A DNA stretch of 63,988 bases, counting the filler, from Limisphaerales bacterium (GTDB lineage: Bacteria > Verrucomicrobiota > Verrucomicrobiia > Limisphaerales > SIBE01): assembly GCA_044225505.1 (NCBI GenBank). It is 3 parts of 3 records of this genome, joined end to end, with 100 filler letters (N's around TTAATTAATTAA, not from the genome) between each part and the next. Parts side by side here need not be neighbours in the genome. Positions count along the whole stretch, not along the records: positions 44,818 to 63,988 come from JBGAIN010000157.1; 2 more parts are not named here. The stretch is one strand, 5' to 3'. Each line of letters opens with the position of its first letter. Position 1 is the first letter of the stretch. Under the pieces are notes generated by a model. The model was not told the origin of the DNA, searched no databases, and was given only the letters and a program-made list of their open reading frames with translations. Positions 58,412 through 63,988 of the stretch are shown piece after piece. A program made the position numbers and the translations under genes.

Positions 58412-60019
58412 ATGAAACCGCAGGAAAACGAGAAAGGGCTCAAGCGGAGCCGCCGCACGTTGCCCATGCTAATTGTAGTCGGGGCGTTGCTGCTCGGTCC
58501 CTGGGCGCTAACCAGCCCGCAGGCACAACAAGTCCCCGTCGTTGAGCGGAAGCTCTCGAACGGCATGAAAGTGTTGATGGTCGAGCGGCGCGATGAGCCA
58601 TCCGTGGCGGGAGGATGGGTGGCGCACGTTGGTAGCGCCAACGAACGTCCGGGGATAACAGGCATCGCGCATCTCTTCGAACATATGATGTTCAAGGGAA
58701 CACCCACCATCGGCACCAAGAACTACCACCGAGATCTGGAAATCATCGCCGCTCAGGAAAAAGTCCGCGATGAAATGCGCGCCGAGGATGCGAAACTACG
58801 GACGGCTTATCGGCGAGGCGAAGTCGACGACCTGCTCAAGCCGGAGAATCAAAGCCCGCGCATGAAAGAACTCCAAAAACAGTTTGCCGATCTCATTCGG
58901 CAACAGCGCGAGATCCTGGTCAAAAATGAATTCGACCGTATTTATACGGCGGCCGGGGCTTCTGGCATGAATGCGTTCACCAGCCAAGACATGACCGGCT
59001 ATTTCATCAATGTCCCTGCCAATAAACTCGAGCTATGGGCCTGGATGGAGTCTGAACGCCTTTTGCATCCGGTTTTTCGTGAGTTTTATGCCGAACGCGA
59101 CGTGGTGTTCGAGGAACGGCGCATGCGGACGGAGTCGACCCCGTTAGGTAAATTTGCCGAGGAGTTCGAGTCGTTGATCTGGCAATCGCATCCTTACCAC
59201 TGGCCCGTGGTCGGATGGCCATCGGACATCCCGGCCATTAGCAAAGCTCAAGCGGATGAGTTTTATTCGATCTATTATGCTCCTCAGAACCTAACGCTGG
59301 TCCTGGTCGGCGATTTCCAAAGCGGAGCCACAGAGCAACTCTGTGAGAAGTATTTTGGCCGTATTCCAGCGGGAACGAAACCAGCCCCCGATGTCGTCAC
59401 GATGGAAGTGCCACAGTCCGCCGAAAAGCGGATGTCCGCCGATGCGGAAGCCAATCCGCAAGTGGACATTTACTGGCATACCGTGCCGTTTCAGCATAAG
59501 GATTCCTACCCCTTGGAGGTCTTAGCCCAGTTGCTTTCCACGCGGACAGGCCGGCTGCACAAGGGTTTGGTCCTAGGCTCGGGCGTCGCCACAGAAACCT
59601 ACGCCGACCAGGACTCGCGCAAGTGGGCTGGGGTCTTCAATGCTGGCGGAGAAGCCCGCGACGGTCATTCGCCGCAAGAAGTCGAGACTGCCATCTACAC
59701 CGAATTGGATCGGCTCAAGAATGAGCCAGTGCCACCGCTAGAATTGCAGAAAGTCAAAAACAATTTTGCGGCTGCTGAATATCGGAAGCTCGCGGCCAAT
59801 TTTCCGATTCTGATGCAGGTGCTCCACAGTGAAGGCCTTGGCGATTGGCGCGAAGTCAACCAAGCAGCGCCGCTCTATCAGGCTGTGAGCGCTGCCGATA
59901 TTCAACGGGTCGCACGCACTTATTTCACAAAGGAAAACCGGTCCGTGGCCGTTTACCTGCGTAAAGGATCTCCAACCCGGACCGAAACTCACGATTCCAG
60001 TCCTGCTGCCCAACCATGA
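58412..60019 (+). CDS. M16 family peptidase, catalytic subunit
   Basis: Signal peptide, HLFEH (HxxEH), NAFTS, EERR. Confidence 0.93.
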   Translation: MKPQENEKGLKRSRRTLPMLIVVGALLLGPWALTSPQAQQVPVVERKLSNGMKVLMVERRDEPSVAGGWVAHVGSANERPGITGIAHLFEHMMFKGTPTIGTKNYHRDLEIIAAQEKVRDEMRAEDAKLRTAYRRGEVDDLLKPENQSPRMKELQKQFADLIRQQREILVKNEFDRIYTAAGASGMNAFTSQDMTGYFINVPANKLELWAWMESERLLHPVFREFYAERDVVFEERRMRTESTPLGKFAEEFESLIWQSHPYHWPVVGWPSDIPAISKAQADEFYSIYYAPQNLTLVLVGDFQSGATEQLCEKYFGRIPAGTKPAPDVVTMEVPQSAEKRMSADAEANPQVDIYWHTVPFQHKDSYPLEVLAQLLSTRTGRLHKGLVLGSGVATETYADQDSRKWAGVFNAGGEARDGHSPQEVETAIYTELDRLKNEPVPPLELQKVKNNFAAAEYRKLAANFPILMQVLHSEGLGDWREVNQAAPLYQAVSAADIQRVARTYFTKENRSVAVYLRKGSPTRTETHDSSPAAQP

Positions 60020-61566
60020 AGTCTCTCTGTTGTCTTTCCCAAAACCGACCCTCGATCCGGGTCACTGTTGCCGGGGCTCTGCTCGTTTTACAAGGCTTCG
60101 TTGGATTGGCCGCCGAGGCAGAAGCTCGTTCGACTATTCCCGACCGGCCGGAGAAGCTGTCTTTTCCCCCGCTGCAGTACCAGCCACCGCGCGCCGCGGA
60201 CGTGCGCGTGCGCTTGAAGGCTGGACCCGTGGCGTATGTGATTCCGGATCGTGAGCTACCGCTGGTGAATGTGGTGGTTTACGTGCGCGCGGGTGGATAC
60301 CTGACTCCGCGTGGCAAAGAAGGACTGGAGGATCTGGCCGGTTACCTCCTCGCCCGCGGGGGCACGATTGACCGAAAGGCCGACGATCTAGAGGAACGGT
60401 TGGACTTTTTGGCCGCTCGCCTGAACTCTGCGTTCGGAGATACTCACGGAACCGTCAGTCTGAACTTGCTTTCCAAGGACCTGCCCGAGGGCTTGGGCCT
60501 CCTCCGCGAAGTCTTGTGTCAACCGCGCTTTCAGGAGGACAAGCTCGCTTTGCGCAAGCAACAACTCTTGCAGGAGATGCAACAACGAAACGATGAATCC
60601 GCCGCCATTGAATCGCGGGAACGTCGCTATCTCGCGTACGGTGAGGATTTTTGGGCGAATCAACTCCCTACCGCCGCTTCGGTCCAAGGCATTTCACAGT
60701 CGGATTTGCAGGGGTTCCATCGACGATGGATCCACCCCGCAAATTTCGTGGTGGCTGCCAGCGGCGATTTTGTCCGAGAGGAGATGATCCGCAAGTTGGA
60801 GACCCTGTTTTCGGACTGGCCATTCTCGGGAGACCGTTCTCCATCAATTCCGACCAATACCGTGTTTGCCGCTCCGGGCACCTACCTGGTCAACAAGGAG
60901 GTTAACCAGGGACGTGCCTCGATTCTCTTGCCGGGAATCCAGCGGGATAACCCGGATTTCTTCCCTGTGACAGTCATGAACGACATTCTCGGCGGTGGCG
61001 GATTCACCTCACGCATTGTGAACCGGGTCCGCTCGGATGAAGGCCTGGCCTACTCGGCAGGATCACACTTCCCTGGTGGGACATACTTTCCAGCGACCTT
61101 TACGGCGATGTTCCAATCAAAATCGCGGACGGTCGCGTATGCCGCGTCGATTCTTTTGGAGGAAATGGCCAGGCTGTCTGGCACCGCTCCTTCCAAAGAA
61201 GAGTTGGTCACCTCAAAACAGTCGTTTATCGAATCGTTTCCTCGCAACTTTTCGACCAAAGCCAGAACGGCCAGTGTGTTTGCCGAGGATGAACTGACCG
61301 GGCGGTTCGCGAAGGACCCGGAATATTGGCAGACATATCGCCAGAAGATCCAGGCCGTTACCGCAGACGATGTGAAACGCGTCGCGGAACGCTATTTGCA
61401 GCCAGAAAAGTTAGTCGTTTTGGTCGTGGGGCAAAAAGAGGAGATCCTGCGCGGACACCCTGATCATCCCGTCACCCTTCAATCTCTGACTCAAGGGAAG
61501 CTGATCGACCGTCCATTGCGCGACCCGTTGACAATGCGACCGATGAGCGATTCTGCCAGACAATAA
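60016..61566 (+). CDS. M16 family peptidase, non-catalytic partner
   Basis: No HxxEH; SRI..RVR...GLAY motif; ATGA overlap with the upstream gene. Confidence 0.9.
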   Translation: MKSLCCLSQNRPSIRVTVAGALLVLQGFVGLAAEAEARSTIPDRPEKLSFPPLQYQPPRAADVRVRLKAGPVAYVIPDRELPLVNVVVYVRAGGYLTPRGKEGLEDLAGYLLARGGTIDRKADDLEERLDFLAARLNSAFGDTHGTVSLNLLSKDLPEGLGLLREVLCQPRFQEDKLALRKQQLLQEMQQRNDESAAIESRERRYLAYGEDFWANQLPTAASVQGISQSDLQGFHRRWIHPANFVVAASGDFVREEMIRKLETLFSDWPFSGDRSPSIPTNTVFAAPGTYLVNKEVNQGRASILLPGIQRDNPDFFPVTVMNDILGGGGFTSRIVNRVRSDEGLAYSAGSHFPGGTYFPATFTAMFQSKSRTVAYAASILLEEMARLSGTAPSKEELVTSKQSFIESFPRNFSTKARTASVFAEDELTGRFAKDPEYWQTYRQKIQAVTADDVKRVAERYLQPEKLVVLVVGQKEEILRGHPDHPVTLQSLTQGKLIDRPLRDPLTMRPMSDSARQ

Positions 61567-61632
61567 ACCGGTCCAGTGCGTGAGGTCCGAGGCTGGTGGT
61601 GGCCGCGCCCGCGGCAGGCCGCCCAGCTTGCA

Positions 61633-62532
61633 TCAACGGCAGCGTAATTCCTCCAATTCTTCAGGTGTCCGAGGCCAATCCTTGCGAAGGAGCAGCGACA
61701 GAGAACGGTCCGCGAGCAGTTTTCCTCCGGTCTGGCAGGCTGGGCAATAGTTGGTCTCGTTGTTCACATAGCGGATCCTCTGAACCTTGGATCCGCAAAC
61801 CGGGCAGGGTTGTCCGAATTTACCGTGCACTGCCATTTCTGGTCGAAATGCCGTGACATTCTCTGGAAAGGCATTGCCAGCTTGCGTCCGGAGGAGATCC
61901 TTCCAATACCTTAAAGTCGATTGACTGGCGGCATGAAGAGTCTCAAAATGTTCTGGCGACAGTTTGTGGGTCTGAACGACCGGGGATACCCTGGCGGCGT
62001 GTAGAATCTCGTCGGAGTAGGCATTGCCAATGCCACTGATAATGCGCGGATCGGTCAGCGCGCGTTTCACGGTGTGGTTCTCACGCGTGAGTGCTTCCCT
62101 GAATTGAGTAACGTTGCAGGTCAGAACTTCGAGGCCTCCTGGATCGATGGCGGCCAAGCCGGAGCCACGCTCGATCAGATGGAGCGAGGCGCGCTTCTGA
62201 GTCCCCGATTCGGTGAGAGTGAGAATTCCCGACTCAAACTGCAGGAGGGCGGCGGTGATTCGCTTTAGGGGTTTGCCTCCAGAATCTGACCAATGCAGGC
62301 GTCCTGCAATCATCAGATGCATCACCAGCCACAATCCAGAGGTGAATTCCATCACAATGCGTTTCCCTACACGATGCAATGCGACCACCGTTTCGCCCTC
62401 AACCGCGTTGATCGGCGGACGGACCGTGCGGAGGAGAAATGGACTGGCGACTTGGATCCGCGTCAGTCGAGTCTGGCGAACACGAGTTTCTAACGCTTCG
62501 ATGTAAACTTCGATGTCGGGAAGCTCGGGCAC
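61633..62532 (-). CDS. Fpg/Nei family DNA glycosylase
   Basis: N-terminal PELPD, HLMIAG, H2TH GIGNAYSDE, zinc finger CPVC...CPACQ. Confidence 0.92.
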   Translation of the reverse strand: MPELPDIEVYIEALETRVRQTRLTRIQVASPFLLRTVRPPINAVEGETVVALHRVGKRIVMEFTSGLWLVMHLMIAGRLHWSDSGGKPLKRITAALLQFESGILTLTESGTQKRASLHLIERGSGLAAIDPGGLEVLTCNVTQFREALTRENHTVKRALTDPRIISGIGNAYSDEILHAARVSPVVQTHKLSPEHFETLHAASQSTLRYWKDLLRTQAGNAFPENVTAFRPEMAVHGKFGQPCPVCGSKVQRIRYVNNETNYCPACQTGGKLLADRSLSLLLRKDWPRTPEELEELRCR

Positions 62533-62653
62533 AGGCCGACTTTAGCGCAGGGACGCTTTTGACTCCAGTCCGGCGCTCCAGGCGGCTGGAGGACAGAACT
62601 ATCGAATCGCCCTCGGCTTGAATCATTAGGCGGCCCTGGGCACAGTGACGCCA

Positions 62654-63988
62654 ATGAACCGGAGACACTTCGTTAAATCGGCGTTTTTGGGGATTGCTCC
62701 TTTGACCATTGCCGGGAAAGCGCCACACTCCCGTCCGTCCCTTCCGAGTCCGGCTCCGTTTGAATTCCATGAATGGACCCTCGCTGATTTTCGCAAGGTG
62801 CTAGACTCAGGCCGGTTGACCGCCGTCGACGTCGTTAAGAAATACTTGGAACGTATCGACATGGTGGATCGTCAGGGCCCAGCTCTGAACTCGGTCATCG
62901 AGCTGAATCCCGATGCCATCGCTGTCGCTCGCGCTTTGGATCGAGAACTGAAATCGGTCGGCCCGCGCGGCCCGTTGCACGGAATTCCCGTCCTGATCAA
63001 GGACAACATTGCCACCCGCGACCGAATGAAGACGACGGCCGGATCCTTGGCGCTCCTGGAATCGGTCGCCAAGGCAGATGCCTTTCTCGTGCAGCAACTC
63101 CGAGCTGCCGGAGCGGTTCTCCTGGGAAAAACCAATTTGAGTGAGTGGGCGAATTTTCGTTCCAGCCGATCGACGAGTGGATGGAGCGGTCGCGGCGGCT
63201 TGACCAAGAACCCTTACGTCCTTGATCGCAACCCGTCCGGATCGAGCTCCGGTTCCGCGGTCGCCGTGGCGGCAAATCTTTGTCCCCTGGCCGTGGGAAC
63301 AGAGACGGACGGATCGATCGTTTCGCCTTCTTCCGTGAACGGAGTCGTGGGGATCAAACCGACACTCGGCCTGGTGAGTCGCTCTGGGATCGTGCCAATC
63401 GCTCACAGCCAGGATACGGCCGGGCCCATGGCGCGCACTGTCACCGACGCCGCACTGCTTCTAAACGCCCTGGTCGGTCGCGATCCAAACGATCCGATCA
63501 CCAACGCGTGCCGCGCGGAATCCGATTACACCCGGTTCCTCGATACGAAGGGTCTTGAGGGCGCACGCCTGGGAGTCTGCCGGAAATTCTTTGACCTCAC
63601 GCCCGAGGCCGGGAGGGTCGCGGAGTCCGCATTGAACGTGCTGCGAGAGCAGAGGGCCACGTTGATTGACCCCGCGGATGTGCCATCCTACGGGAAGTTC
63701 GGCAACGTCGAAATGGAAGTTTTGCTTTACGAGTTTAAGGCGGATTTGAACAAATACCTCGCTGACCTGGAACCGGGGCGAGGCGTAAAAACTCTCGCGG
63801 AGATTATCGAGTTTAACGAGAGCCATCGTCGCGAGGAGATGCCGTTTTTCGGTCAGGAAATTCTGTCTCAAGCGCAAAACAAAGGACCGCTCTCCGAGCC
63901 GGCCTATCTTAAGGCATTGGAAGATTGCCGGCGCTTGGCGCGAGAGGAAGGGATCGACGCCATCATGAATCAGCATCAACTCGACGCG
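62654..63988 (+). CDS. Tat-exported amidase (amidase-signature family); runs off the right edge
   Basis: Manual translation: MNRRHFVK..., GPLHGIPVLIKDNI, GKTNLSEW, GSSSGS, GTETDGSI. Absent from the ORF track because there is no stop in the window. Confidence 0.93.
   Translation, partial: MNRRHFVKSAFLGIAPLTIAGKAPHSRPSLPSPAPFEFHEWTLADFRKVLDSGRLTAVDVVKKYLERIDMVDRQGPALNSVIELNPDAIAVARALDRELKSVGPRGPLHGIPVLIKDNIATRDRMKTTAGSLALLESVAKADAFLVQQLRAAGAVLLGKTNLSEWANFRSSRSTSGWSGRGGLTKNPYVLDRNPSGSSSGSAVAVAANLCPLAVGTETDGSIVSPSSVNGVVGIKPTLGLVSRSGIVPIAHSQDTAGPMARTVTDAALLLNALVGRDPNDPITNACRAESDYTRFLDTKGLEGARLGVCRKFFDLTPEAGRVAESALNVLREQRATLIDPADVPSYGKFGNVEMEVLLYEFKADLNKYLADLEPGRGVKTLAEIIEFNESHRREEMPFFGQEILSQAQNKGPLSEPAYLKALEDCRRLAREEGIDAIMNQHQLDA

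Noticed and set aside
62807..63979. Minus-strand ORFs of 199, 111 and 172 aa in the ORF track
   Set aside because: Shadows of the plus-strand amidase starting at 62654.

Overview
The window is about 64 kb of bacterial genomic DNA, most likely from a Verrucomicrobiota (Pedosphaerales/Limisphaerales-like) assembly. The taxonomy is inferred from DUF1080, DUF1592-type cytochrome, OB-repeat sensor kinase and RFYR-ending secreted-protein families. It consists of three separate contigs (1-22403, 22504-44717, 44818-63988) joined by artificial N44-TTAATTAATTAA-N44 linkers. Most genes are housekeeping or accessory: rpoN, an FtsH paralog, methyltransferases, two-component kinases, transporters, a DinG helicase, an M16 peptidase pair, Fpg/Nei and an amidase. 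The stand-out locus is a complete six-gene echABCDEF membrane-bound [NiFe] hydrogenase operon (45819-51383, minus strand). Its small subunit EchC is fused in frame to a GNAT acetyltransferase domain. Other notable items: sigma-54 -24/-12 motifs around rpoN and ftsH; a recurrent C-terminal RFYR-type putative sorting domain; shared repeat motifs between two intergenic regions next to a phage-like contig end; and several decayed or frameshifted genes. I saw no rRNA, tRNA, CRISPR array, transposase or integrase. All product calls come from motif recognition only, without database searches.
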